Source: Candidatus Poribacteria bacterium (GTDB taxonomy: Bacteria; Poribacteria; WGA-4E; PCPOR2b). Taken from it: a stretch of DNA of 64,000 nt. The position numbers were made by a program, and so were the translations under genes. Shown one piece after another: positions 51,460-61,233 of the stretch. The DNA lies in assembly GCA_965215015.1 (NCBI GenBank), contig OZ244042.1:4320001-4384000 (forward strand), read 5' to 3'. Each line of letters starts with the position of its first letter. The first letter of the stretch is position 1. The notes under the pieces were generated by a model. That model did not search any database and had not been told where the DNA came from. It saw nothing but the letters and a program-made list of their open reading frames with translations.

Positions 51460-53193
51460 TTAATCCTCAAACACCTCGACCGTTGTTCGCCCCTCCGCAA
51501 AGCGCATCGCCGTGGTTGTAGCGGATTCGCTATCTTTGTTGGTACGGATGTCGGTGGCGTAGCGGGCAAGTGCAACGAGCAGTTGATTTCGAGCAGGATG
51601 CCCCGAACAATTGTTCCACTCATCGAAAACAGTGCGGAGCGTGGGGAGGATTTCGGTGGCAGTATCGTTCCAGAGAATGGCTTTACCGAGCGCGTGAAGC
51701 AAGGTGTCACCGGAGTAACCAGCATGGAGATACCCGAGCACCTGTCCACCGATCGACTGCACATTGAGGGTTTCAATGGCGTTGGTAATCTGTTGGATGC
51801 CTTCCTCCTCATTAGAAGCGTTGAAATCTACCTCGACCGGCGGTGAAGTCAGTGAACGCGATGGAATGTTGAGCCAACGGTCATCGAAAATAAGCCATGC
51901 TGCGTGGAAAATTCCCTTGACTACAGCAGCATCACCAGCGATACCTTGCACCGTGCGAAGTGATGCGGCGAGGTTAAGTTCTGTTGTCAGGCATTCCCAA
52001 CCGGCATCCACGTTCACCGGAGTTCGCGCCATCCGGTCGGCAGCGAGAATCACTAACGTTGAAATAAGTTGATCTATTGGAACGCCGCCTTTCAGGACAT
52101 CCGTGACAGCATCGAATGACTTCTGAATATCCACACTCGTCAACGCGCTCACGAAGGCGTCCTCGTCGTAATCGGTCGCTGCGTTATCCGAGGCATCCAG
52201 TTCACTGAGTTTTCCCCTCATGATGCCAACAGCGTCTCGACGAAACCGTTGTGGCTCACCACGGCTGCGCCCGACCAACTTAGAGCCAAGATTGAAGACC
52301 AGCTCAAAGGCTTGCGCCCAGCCAAATTCGTCAACCGCTTCGGAGAGATAACCGAGCGAAATGAGATTATCCGGAAACCCCAGAAAATGGGGTTCAACCG
52401 TACATTCCAAGAGGAGAGGTAGAATTTTGTCCGCATCGCCGAGGGTGTAGGCAGTGAAGAGACAGCGCTCAATGCGCCCGGAGTGGCCGTCGCGTGAGAA
52501 ACTACGCACCCACGGTTCGATATTTTCCCAAGCCACCGGATTCGGCAACGGCACGACCTCAAGGCGTTCAGCGGCTCCACCAGAAGCAGCACAAGCCGCG
52601 GTTGTCATCGCAATTAGCCGATCAGCGTCTGTATATCGTCGTCCAACCGCAAGCCCGTTCATCAATCGAGCGATATCCCAACCAGCCTCCGAGCCGTGGG
52701 AGCTAGCGATATGTCGCCCAAGATGCCGTAGAATCAACTCGACAATCTCGCCCTCCGGCACGCCTCCTTTGAGGAGTAGGGCAATTGCTTTTGACATCGT
52801 CCAGCGGTCTCCGCTCAAAAGGCCTTCCCACAGTAAGCTGAGGTGTTCTGCCTTTCGTCTGTAGGTCAAATCGCCGAGTTGTACCCAGATTTCGCTGTCC
52901 CGTACTTCGGCGGGGAAGGTTTGCAGGTCATCACACCCGACGTTGAAACAACCCCCGCCTTCAAGGTCGAAACTCCGCTCGTGCCAATCACAGGTGAGGA
53001 TACCGTGTCGAATGCGTCCGCGTGTCAGCGGATAGCCCATGTGAGGACATTGATTGTCGGTCGCGTAAATCTTGTTGTCAATGTTGAACAGTGCGATACT
53101 CCGTCCCTCACCTATCTGTACTGCCTTCGCTTCTCCGACGGGAACTTCGCTCAAATCCGCCAATTTCAGCCATTTTGCTTCTTCGGTTGCCAT
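51460..53193 (-). CDS. Rieske [2Fe-2S] domain protein with a large helical C-terminal region (paralog 1)
   Basis: CPHMGYPL..CDWHER Rieske ligands; 577 aa; colinear with paralog 2. Confidence 0.85.
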   Translation of the reverse strand: MATEEAKWLKLADLSEVPVGEAKAVQIGEGRSIALFNIDNKIYATDNQCPHMGYPLTRGRIRHGILTCDWHERSFDLEGGGCFNVGCDDLQTFPAEVRDSEIWVQLGDLTYRRKAEHLSLLWEGLLSGDRWTMSKAIALLLKGGVPEGEIVELILRHLGRHIASSHGSEAGWDIARLMNGLAVGRRYTDADRLIAMTTAACAASGGAAERLEVVPLPNPVAWENIEPWVRSFSRDGHSGRIERCLFTAYTLGDADKILPLLLECTVEPHFLGFPDNLISLGYLSEAVDEFGWAQAFELVFNLGSKLVGRSRGEPQRFRRDAVGIMRGKLSELDASDNAATDYDEDAFVSALTSVDIQKSFDAVTDVLKGGVPIDQLISTLVILAADRMARTPVNVDAGWECLTTELNLAASLRTVQGIAGDAAVVKGIFHAAWLIFDDRWLNIPSRSLTSPPVEVDFNASNEEEGIQQITNAIETLNVQSIGGQVLGYLHAGYSGDTLLHALGKAILWNDTATEILPTLRTVFDEWNNCSGHPARNQLLVALARYATDIRTNKDSESATTTAMRFAEGRTTVEVFED

Positions 53194-53420
53194 ACGTTTA
53201 TTTTCCTTTCTAATAGTATCGTGTTCTACAGCTACTATAGATTAAATTGTCCCCAAAAATGAGATGATGGATATTATTTTATCATAACATATGTTAAGTA
53301 TCAAGGGCAAATTTCAAAAAAAATTTATTTAACTTGATTTTTTTAGCATTTAGCGTTGGTATGGCTTTAGATATAAGATATGTAGAAAATCTTAGGCTTC
53401 AGGGTAATCGCACGTAAATG

Positions 53421-53662
53421 AGGGGTGCCCATAAAGCAGTAGGCACCCCCAGCGTGCCGTAAACCACACAACCGTTATGGCATAGGGCTTGACTAACACG
53501 TAACTGCCATTAAACGCCCAACCATAACTTGAAAAACAAAGCATCTCCAACACCGTAGGTAGGGCATATTGCCCCATCTACCGCCTGAGGCCCATATCTG
53601 TATCCGTGTTTTCTGTGCCCTCTGTTTCATCCGTGATTCAGACAATTATTATCAGCACCCCT
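53421..53662. mobile_element. MITE-like element
   Basis: TIRs AGGGGTGCCCATAA / TTATCAGCACCCCT (12 of 14 match); internal GTAG hairpins. Confidence 0.55.
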
Positions 53663-53697
53663 TAACCAAATCCCCCTACACGAATCCCAGAAACCGA

Positions 53698-53729
53698 TTG
53701 ACAATGAGATACAAATTCGCTATTATAAT
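53698..53729 (+). promoter_or_regulatory. Sigma70-like promoter of sat
   Basis: TTGACA-17 nt-TATTAT(AAT). Confidence 0.55.
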
Positions 53730-53811
53730 TGCCAAGAGGGTAAATCCCAAATCGCTTGAAACAATTAAAACGATAACTAATGTATTCCATTGTTTATTGA
53801 AGGAGCACTGA

Positions 53812-55005
53812 ATGATTAAACCGCACGGTTCTGATACTTTGAAGCCCCTTTACGTCTCCAACGACGCCGAGCGTGCAGCGTTGATTAGAGAAGCTGAAAG
53901 CTTACCGGCCATCCTTATCTCTTCAGGAGCTGCCGCATCTGCGGTGATGTTCGGTTCAGGCTATTTTAATCCACTCATCGGTTATATGAACCTTGCCGAA
54001 GCTACGAGTGTTGCTCAAAAGATGACCCTGCCGAACGGTCTATTTTGGCCCATTCCGGTGATGAATATTGTCAAGTCCGAGCAGGTCACCGATGCAGTTA
54101 AAGACGCTAAACGAATTGCGCTGCTTGATCCAAATGTAGATGGTCAACCGCCCCTCGCCATCATGGAGGTTTCAGGGATTGAAGAAATCTCCGATGACCA
54201 GGGAACATACCTGATTGAGCAGATTTTTCGGACGACGGATCCGGCGCACCCCGGCGTGGCAGCCTTTACGGATATGGGAAATCAGGCAATCTCTGGTTCG
54301 ATCCAGGTTCTCAACTACTCCTATTTCAAATCTGACTTCCCTGATACCTTCCGCACCGCCTCCGAAATCCGAGAAGACATTGAGAAGCGGGGGTGGAATA
54401 CGGTTGTTGCTTTCCAGACAAGGAACCCTATGCACCGCGCACATGAGGAGTTATGTAAAATTGCCCAAAACGAAGTTGATGCTGATGGCATCCTAATTCA
54501 CATGTTACTTGGGAAGTTGAAGGCGGGTGATATTCCTGCCCACGTCCGTGACGCTTCTATCCGCAAAATGGTCGAGTTGTATTTTCCCGAAAACACCGTT
54601 TCAATAACGGGTTATGGGTTTGATATGCTCTACGCTGGGCCCCGCGAAGCCGTGTTGCATGCGGTGTTCCGGCAGAATTGTGGATGTACACATCTGATTG
54701 TCGGCCGAGACCATGCAGGGGTTGGGGATTACTATGGACCTTTTGACGCGCAGACCATTTTTGATGACATCCCCAAAGGTGCACTCGAAATCGAAATCTT
54801 TCGGGGCGATCATACCGTTTGGTGTAATCAGTGTGGTGAGATTGTAATGATGCGTGACTGCTCGCATGGACCGGAAGATTACCTATTCCTGTCGGGGACG
54901 AAAGTTAGGGACATGCTGGCAGCGGGAGAGATGTTACCGCCGGAGTTTTCGCGTCCCGAAGTTGCAGAAATTTTGATGGAATTCTATCAAGATTCTGAGG
55001 GGTAA
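53812..55005 (+). CDS. sat: Sulfate adenylyltransferase (ATP sulfurylase)
   Basis: AFQTRNPMHRAHE, YAGPREA, VGRDHAGVGDYY and LSGTKVR motifs. Confidence 0.95.
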   Translation: MIKPHGSDTLKPLYVSNDAERAALIREAESLPAILISSGAAASAVMFGSGYFNPLIGYMNLAEATSVAQKMTLPNGLFWPIPVMNIVKSEQVTDAVKDAKRIALLDPNVDGQPPLAIMEVSGIEEISDDQGTYLIEQIFRTTDPAHPGVAAFTDMGNQAISGSIQVLNYSYFKSDFPDTFRTASEIREDIEKRGWNTVVAFQTRNPMHRAHEELCKIAQNEVDADGILIHMLLGKLKAGDIPAHVRDASIRKMVELYFPENTVSITGYGFDMLYAGPREAVLHAVFRQNCGCTHLIVGRDHAGVGDYYGPFDAQTIFDDIPKGALEIEIFRGDHTVWCNQCGEIVMMRDCSHGPEDYLFLSGTKVRDMLAAGEMLPPEFSRPEVAEILMEFYQDSEG

Positions 55006-55045
55006 TGCTGCAAACTCTTTGCACTATCGGTACTGAAAATCTGCG

Positions 55046-55837
55046 TTACCATTTCATATTCAGAGCAAATCGCGGTTGGTTGCTCGTATTTTTGCTTCCT
55101 GCATGGATGCACAGATGGTGTAGGAATAGTACATCACCACGTCGAAGGGATAAGCCAATAGGGTCACCGAGATTGAAATCGGGCAGATCTCCATTCAGCG
55201 TGTTCCGGTATTCGTAACGGGTTGGATTTTTTCGCGCCATGCGCTCTAGCTCGTGATGCGATCCAGGCCAGACGAATGTGCCGCCGCCGTGCAGCGCGAT
55301 GTCGTTCAGATAAATCAGCGCACCAATTCGGAAGACAGGCGGAAAGGTCTTGTGATTGTGTTCCTCAAGGGAGTGGTCTAGGTGCCCGCCCGACGTGATT
55401 GTGGGAGGCTCCCATTCACCTGGGGTAGGATAGATATTGATGGTGTAAGCGCAATCCCACCTGAAGAACTTAGAGACATCCTCCTTCGCCTCTTGTGCTG
55501 CTAGGAAATCGGGGGCGCAATAAGTCTTCGGATGCCGATGTAGTTTGCTAAATGTGGACGGGGCCTCCTCTGTCAACTGCGCTGCTGCGGCAAGACATTG
55601 CGGAGTGAAGCAGTTGACGAGATCCGCGCTGTTATATAGACAAATCCCACCTTGGAGGTTCTCCCAGGAGGATGGCGGGTCATCGGGGGAGATTCCCACA
55701 CAATGCCACATCGCAGCCTCTGCCTTTGCAGCGATGTCCTCAGGAATTAGCCCAGAAACGAGTAGGTAACCGTCACGGTTATATTGTTCAATTTGCGCTT
55801 CTGAAATGGGAGAATTGTTTTTACTCGGGTTTGTCAT
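55046..55837 (-). CDS. Phytanoyl-CoA dioxygenase (PhyH) family 2OG-Fe(II) oxygenase
   Basis: QIEQYNRDGYL, HLD, VWPGSH and GDVLF.H....HAGSKN...PR motifs. Confidence 0.88.
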   Translation of the reverse strand: MTNPSKNNSPISEAQIEQYNRDGYLLVSGLIPEDIAAKAEAAMWHCVGISPDDPPSSWENLQGGICLYNSADLVNCFTPQCLAAAAQLTEEAPSTFSKLHRHPKTYCAPDFLAAQEAKEDVSKFFRWDCAYTINIYPTPGEWEPPTITSGGHLDHSLEEHNHKTFPPVFRIGALIYLNDIALHGGGTFVWPGSHHELERMARKNPTRYEYRNTLNGDLPDFNLGDPIGLSLRRGDVLFLHHLCIHAGSKNTSNQPRFALNMKW

Positions 55838-55849
55838 GTCGATCCCTCC

Positions 55850-56339
55850 GTAGCTTATCCAGTCGGTCTATCACGTCTTGCAACGATTGACTGGGTAACA
55901 GATTCCAATGGGCATGGCGGGGAATTCTTTTCAACTGGGTTAGGTGTTGCCGGGGTGCTTTCTTACCGGGGTATTTACCGTAGTACCGACGGCATAAGGC
56001 GACGAAGTGATTCCACACCTCTGCATGGCCGTCAATCGTTTTCTGCAATTCACGATTGCCGTGATTGCTATACATTTTGAACTTGCTCGCTTGCTGGCTC
56101 TCATATCCTATGTCAGTCGGAGGTGGAAGCCACTGACGGGGGCCGGTGCTGACATGCTCCCACGAAAGCAAAGAAAAGTATACCCTATTTTGATGCGATT
56201 GTTAGCCGCTGTTAGGTTCTTGAATTCTTACGGCTACAAGCCACTTAACAGATAGCCTAACAGTCAGACGATTTCAACCGTTGTTTGACTGAATACCCTT
56301 TGCCAATCTGCATCCCCGTCTTAAAAGACGGGGTTTTAG
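55850..56339 (-). mobile_element. tnpB: IS200/IS605-family relic: end hairpin plus a truncated, frameshifted tnpB 5' fragment
   Basis: Hairpin CCCCGTCTT..AAGACGGGG at ~56314-56333; KFKMY...VWNHFVALCRRYY...LTQLK...WNLLPSQSLQDVIDRLDK resembles a TnpB N-terminus. Confidence 0.7.
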
Positions 56340-56624
56340 ATCGGAAAATTCTGATAAGTAGCGTCGATCTGCTGTGAGGCATCGGTTTCCCACTGGTAAT
56401 CCGCGGCATACCACCGCTGTTTGGCATCGGAAACGAGCGTGCCTCTAACCTGTCCCGAAGTTCTCTCGAGAAAGTCCTTGATTCTCAACTGCCCTAATAC
56501 CATCAATGACCTCAAATGTCTGGGGATGTTATTCATATAGATTCATAAAAAGTAACATATTATCGAAAATTAGGCAATATAAAAAATGGGCTTGTATAGT
56601 ATTCTGGCGTGTCGTCAAAACCAC

Positions 56625-56652
56625 TTGACACAACAAGGGAGGTGTGTATAAT
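56625..56652 (+). promoter_or_regulatory. Sigma70-like promoter upstream of modABC
   Basis: TTGACA-16 nt-TATAAT. Confidence 0.55.
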
Positions 56653-56694
56653 GTTGTCTGAACTGGGATTCGTGGGATCGATAGATTAGTTAGG

Positions 56695-56830
56695 TAGGAG
56701 TTACGCAGTTGAAGGTTCAACCCCTCCGCTTCGAGAGGCTTCGACTTGTAGTTCGGCAGCAAGAACACCATCAAGAAGTTCCTCGGGCACACCGATTGGT
56801 GTGCCCTACTAATGAAGTGCGTAAGTCCTA
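56695..56830. mobile_element. MITE family A, copy 5
   Basis: TIRs TAGGAGTTACGCA / TGCGTAAGTCCTA; internal GGGCACACCGATTGGTGTGCCCTAC shared with copy 4. Confidence 0.75.
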
Positions 56831-56899
56831 AGTTAAAAAAAAGAAATCCAATAGTCCTGAATAGTCGTCAACTTGATTCCTAAATCCTGATTAAAATCG

Positions 56900-57649
56900 A
56901 TGAAACCCTATCTTCTTATTCTTTTAATTTTTGCTTGTCTGTTTATTGGGTGTTCAGGCGAGGAACTGATTATCTTTGGCGCGATGAGCTTGACGGATGC
57001 ACTCACAGAGGTCAGCCAGCGTTTTGGTGCAGTGCAGAATGTCAAGGTGTATTGCAATTTCGCCGGTTCTTCAACCTTACAACGCCAAATCGAGAAGGGC
57101 GCGCCGACGGATGTGTTCATTTCCGCCAGTCCCAAGCAAATCGATGCCTTACAACGGAAGGGACTGATTTATGAGGATACGCGCCGGGCAATCTTGAACA
57201 ACCAGTTGGTGTTGGTTGCGCCTGTCACTAGCTCACTTACCATGACTGATGGGGCGGGGCTCGCCCAAGACTCGATTCGACGGATTGCTATCGGCGAACC
57301 GAATTCAGTCCCTGCTGGCATTTATGGAAAAGAGGCTTTGACACACTTGGGGGTCTGGACCACCGTGCAGCCAAAATTGATTCCCAGTGCCGATGTTCGA
57401 TCCACTTTGGCGTATGTGGAATCCGGCGAGGTTGATATCGGGGTTATCTATCAAACGGACGCACGGTTCAGTAAGAAGGTCAGAACTATCTACCAATTTC
57501 CTAATTCAAGTCATTCCCCAATTGTGTATCCTGCAGCGATACTCCGAAGCACCGGGCATCAATTTCTCGCTCAGGCGTTTTTGGAGTACCTGCAAACCCC
57601 CGAAGTCACAGCAATCTTTGAAAAATACGGTTTCTCTGTGGTGAAATAA
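56900..57649 (+). CDS. modA: Molybdate ABC transporter substrate-binding lipoprotein
   Basis: NFAGSSTL.RQIE.GAP.DVFISA, SVPAG.Y and PIVYP motifs. Confidence 0.93.
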   Translation: MKPYLLILLIFACLFIGCSGEELIIFGAMSLTDALTEVSQRFGAVQNVKVYCNFAGSSTLQRQIEKGAPTDVFISASPKQIDALQRKGLIYEDTRRAILNNQLVLVAPVTSSLTMTDGAGLAQDSIRRIAIGEPNSVPAGIYGKEALTHLGVWTTVQPKLIPSADVRSTLAYVESGEVDIGVIYQTDARFSKKVRTIYQFPNSSHSPIVYPAAILRSTGHQFLAQAFLEYLQTPEVTAIFEKYGFSVVK

Positions 57650-58314
57650 TGTTAATAGCAGCAGAAATCAGTGCGTTAGTTTTATCTATCAAAGCTGCCT
57701 CGTTGAGTCTGCTTCTCATCCTGCCTCCGGGACTCCTCATCGGTTGGATACTCGCCAAATTTTCATTCCCCGGCAAATCGCTCCTTAATACCGTTGTCAT
57801 GCTGCCGATGGTACTGCCGCCGGTCGTCAGCGGTTTTTTCCTTTTAATTCTCCTCAGTAAGCGTGGACCAATCGGGGGGCTGCTTTTCCGGTTTTTCGGG
57901 CTGGAAATTGTCTTTTCGTGGCTAGCGGTGGTGTTAGCGATTTCCGTGCTTTCGTTTCCACTGTTGGTACGCGGCATCGTCACAGCGATGGAGGCAGTGA
58001 ACCCACAACTGGAGAATGCCGCAAGAACGCTCGGTGCCTCGCCGTTGAAGGTGTTTCTTACTGTCACGCTGCCCCTGTCATACCGCGGGGTTATCGGGGG
58101 AGCAATCCTCGGATTTGCCAGAAGCCTTGGAGAATTCGGGGCAACCATGATGGTGGCAGGAAACATCCCCGGAAAGACGCAGACATTGCCTTTGGCAATC
58201 TATAACTTCGTTCAAATCGGTCAGGATATGAGCGCATACCGTCTGGTGTTCCTATCCACCTTGATCGCTTTCGCTACACTATGGATGGCGGAACGGTTGC
58301 ATATCAAGAGGTGA
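57649..58314 (+). CDS. modB: Molybdate ABC transporter permease
   Basis: LPMVLPPVV.G and FARSLGEFGAT...AGNIPGKT motifs. Confidence 0.94.
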   Translation: MLIAAEISALVLSIKAASLSLLLILPPGLLIGWILAKFSFPGKSLLNTVVMLPMVLPPVVSGFFLLILLSKRGPIGGLLFRFFGLEIVFSWLAVVLAISVLSFPLLVRGIVTAMEAVNPQLENAARTLGASPLKVFLTVTLPLSYRGVIGGAILGFARSLGEFGATMMVAGNIPGKTQTLPLAIYNFVQIGQDMSAYRLVFLSTLIAFATLWMAERLHIKR

Positions 58315-58358
58315 GCTATCCCCCCTCAACCCCAGTTACGTTTTAGGGATTATGTCCC

Positions 58359-59438
58359 ATGTTAAAACTCAGTTTTCGCAAGCGTCTTGGCAATTTTCAG
58401 ATTGAAATGGATCATACCATCACAGAGAAAGTAACGGCATTTCTGGGGCCATCGGGAAGCGGCAAAAGTACACTACTCAACTGTATTAGTGGCATTCTGC
58501 AGCCTGACGAAGGAGAACTCCTGTTTTCTGGTCAAACGTTGTATTCCTCCGATCAGAAGCAGTGTCTTCCACCGGAAAAACGTCATTTCGGATATGTCTT
58601 TCAGGAAGGGTATCTTTTTCCACACCTGAAGGTACGGCAGAACATCTCCTACGGTCGTCCCCGCCACCTCGACAATGGCAAACGGATTAACACCGATACA
58701 ATTATCGATATCCTTGAAATCGGAGAATTGTTGGATCGGTATCCAAGCCAACTGTCCGGCGGTCAACGGCAGCGGGTCGCTATTGCTCGCGCTTTGGGAA
58801 TGTCCCCGCGCTTGCTATTAATGGACGAGCCACTCACCTCTCTGGATGCCGGCTTGAAAAACCGCATCCTACCCTACCTTTATCACATCAAACAGACGTT
58901 TGATATCCCCCTCCTTTACGTCACCCACTCCATTTCAGAGGTGATGGCACTTGCAGATGAGGCGTTTTTGCTCTCTGAAGGTCGGATTACGGCGCGTGGA
59001 GAACCCCACCAACTACTGGCGTTTCCTGCGGCATTGCCTGTTGCCCAGATGACAGGCGTGGAAAATATTCTCGCTTTGCCGGTGGTTGTTGCGTCCGAAG
59101 AACGCGGCGTGACGGAATTGGCATTGGGGGAACAAAGACTGATGGTTTCGTATACGGAGACGGAGCCCGGTGTAACGATGCCAATTGCCTTCAGGGCACG
59201 GGATATCATCGTTGCGATGGACCCTAATCTGCGGATGAGTGCGCGGAATATTTTGCGTGGAACAATCCGGCAGATCGCTGTCCAAGTGGGGCGCGTGATG
59301 CTATCGGTCGATATCGAGGGGCATTTGTTGTCGGTGGAGGTTACGAGCGATGCCCGTGAACAGCTTGGGCTTGCAGAGGGAACGGTATGTTACTTTATCA
59401 TCAAGGCGAGCGCGATTAACCTGCTTTGGGAGACTTGA
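58359..59438 (+). CDS. modC: Molybdate ABC transporter ATP-binding protein
   Basis: GPSGSGKS, LSGGQRQRVA and LMDEP motifs; SARN TOBE domain. Confidence 0.93.
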   Translation: MLKLSFRKRLGNFQIEMDHTITEKVTAFLGPSGSGKSTLLNCISGILQPDEGELLFSGQTLYSSDQKQCLPPEKRHFGYVFQEGYLFPHLKVRQNISYGRPRHLDNGKRINTDTIIDILEIGELLDRYPSQLSGGQRQRVAIARALGMSPRLLLMDEPLTSLDAGLKNRILPYLYHIKQTFDIPLLYVTHSISEVMALADEAFLLSEGRITARGEPHQLLAFPAALPVAQMTGVENILALPVVVASEERGVTELALGEQRLMVSYTETEPGVTMPIAFRARDIIVAMDPNLRMSARNILRGTIRQIAVQVGRVMLSVDIEGHLLSVEVTSDAREQLGLAEGTVCYFIIKASAINLLWET

Positions 59439-59782
59439 GCTGAATTCACCTCTAAACCCAATGATGACAAGTGAAAACAACACACAGCAATAACAGTCTG
59501 ACTCCAAATAGGATTAGCCATTTTTTTGCCCGGAAAAACGGGTAAAAACAAATAGGACAGAGGTAATATTGATGAATTTTGCAGCAACAATCCTCGTGAT
59601 CATTGTTGCTGCGAGTTACATTGCTCAAGTCGATATTCTGAATTATCGATGGAGAAAGCTCATAAAGCGCGTGGACAAACGGTTCACTGAAACAATCTCG
59701 CAGGTGAATTAACAAACCGCAAGGGTCCGCGGCGATATTGCTAACATGCACCAAGATATGAATCAGCAATGGGTGTACCTTA

Positions 59783-61138
59783 TCACTTCACTATATTCTT
59801 CGCTTTCTTGAACTTCTCTTTGGCAAATGCTCTCCATTCCTTTAGCTTCTGATTTCGGAAGTCTGGCTGCTGCCAATTCCCCTGAGAGAGCGTCATCGCT
59901 TCCGCTTCTGTAATTGGAACCTGGCCCAAAATCTGAATCGCAACGGTGCGCTTGTCTGGATCTTTATTTTTATTAATGGCTTTCCATGTGCTGACCAGAT
60001 CTTTATGCGGTTCAATGACAAGCGCACCGATGAGGTCTCCGACAATATCCCAGCGTTTCCCACCTTTTTCTGCGTCGTAGTCAATGGGAGTCAGATTCAA
60101 CTCGAATGGATTGGCGGCAACACAGCGATCTCCAAGTTTGTCGTACAATGCTGGGATAACGCTGCTACGGTTCAACCCTCCTTTCCATTTCGGGCCCTCT
60201 GGGTCGGTGTCGCGTAACACCCAAAGTTTTTGTGCTTCATCGGAAAGAACAAAATCGAGGAATTTCTGGGCGACAGCCATATTGAGTGCCCCTTTGAGGA
60301 TGGCAATTGAGTCCGGACTGACGACAGCGGCATCAGGTGGCACAACGTATTTAATTTTATCTGCACCGATTTCGGCAATCTTACCGTAGGCGTAGAAGTC
60401 AATTGCCATGCCATAGATAACCTGCCCCGCCCCAACATCTCTGGGAATTGTATTTGATCCTGCGGAAAACCCTCTGACATTCGCACCGAGTTGCGTAATT
60501 AACTCAAAGCCTTTTTCCCAACCGTAGCCTTGTAAAATGAGTTCGTACATCATGTGTGCACTCCCGCTCTCACGGGGGTCTGCTGCACCGACGCGGTTGA
60601 TGAGTTTCGGGTGTGTTAGGTCTTTCCATGTCTGGATTTCGGGTAATCCTAGAAACGCACGCAACTGCTCATTGTACATAATTCCAAAACTTGACAGTGC
60701 TGCACCGTACCAACGATATTCTGGATCATAAACGGGGATACCAAAAATCTCCTTCGGGATTCGTGCCAGTTGAGCTTCCGATAGCTTGTAGGGAGCCAGC
60801 AAGCCCTTATCGGCGAGCTTGAGGTAGTTGTCAGTCCCGCCGCCGAAAAAGAGATCTATCCCAATGCCTTCGGGCAGCCGCTTAAACTCTGATTCGATAA
60901 ACCGGAAGTCAGAGGAAGATCCGCCTTGATCGAGCCAATCTGTGGTGACTTGGCGTCCTGTCTCCTTGGCATACCACTCCTTAAACGCCGTATCGAACTC
61001 TGTTTCGATACCTTCCCAATGTGGTGATATAATGACGAGCTTATCTTGAGCGAAGGCGGTTTGCCCGAAAATTAGAGTGATGACACTACAGAGGGTGATG
61101 AGGGTTGCAAAAGTTAATCTATTCTTTAATTTCGACAT
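59783..61138 (-). CDS. ABC transporter substrate-binding protein (Fe3+/thiamine-type)
   Basis: Signal peptide; IDLFFGGG, ADPRESGS and PDSIAILKGA...AQKFLDFVLS motifs. Confidence 0.85.
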   Translation of the reverse strand: MSKLKNRLTFATLITLCSVITLIFGQTAFAQDKLVIISPHWEGIETEFDTAFKEWYAKETGRQVTTDWLDQGGSSSDFRFIESEFKRLPEGIGIDLFFGGGTDNYLKLADKGLLAPYKLSEAQLARIPKEIFGIPVYDPEYRWYGAALSSFGIMYNEQLRAFLGLPEIQTWKDLTHPKLINRVGAADPRESGSAHMMYELILQGYGWEKGFELITQLGANVRGFSAGSNTIPRDVGAGQVIYGMAIDFYAYGKIAEIGADKIKYVVPPDAAVVSPDSIAILKGALNMAVAQKFLDFVLSDEAQKLWVLRDTDPEGPKWKGGLNRSSVIPALYDKLGDRCVAANPFELNLTPIDYDAEKGGKRWDIVGDLIGALVIEPHKDLVSTWKAINKNKDPDKRTVAIQILGQVPITEAEAMTLSQGNWQQPDFRNQKLKEWRAFAKEKFKKAKNIVK

Positions 61139-61233
61139 AGTGATATATCCTTATTATTGTGATTGGGGATTAGATGGATTTCATAGATGCCAGGATTTGA
61201 ATCCGCGTTCATACGGTGAATCGGCGATAACAG

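Noticed and set aside
56336-56536. 66-aa ORF ending at the IS605 hairpin
   Set aside because: Could be a gene stump cut by the insertion, but no family is recognisable
59452-59769. 105-aa ORF after the ABC binding protein
   Set aside because: No motif, no RBS and atypical composition; probably spurious
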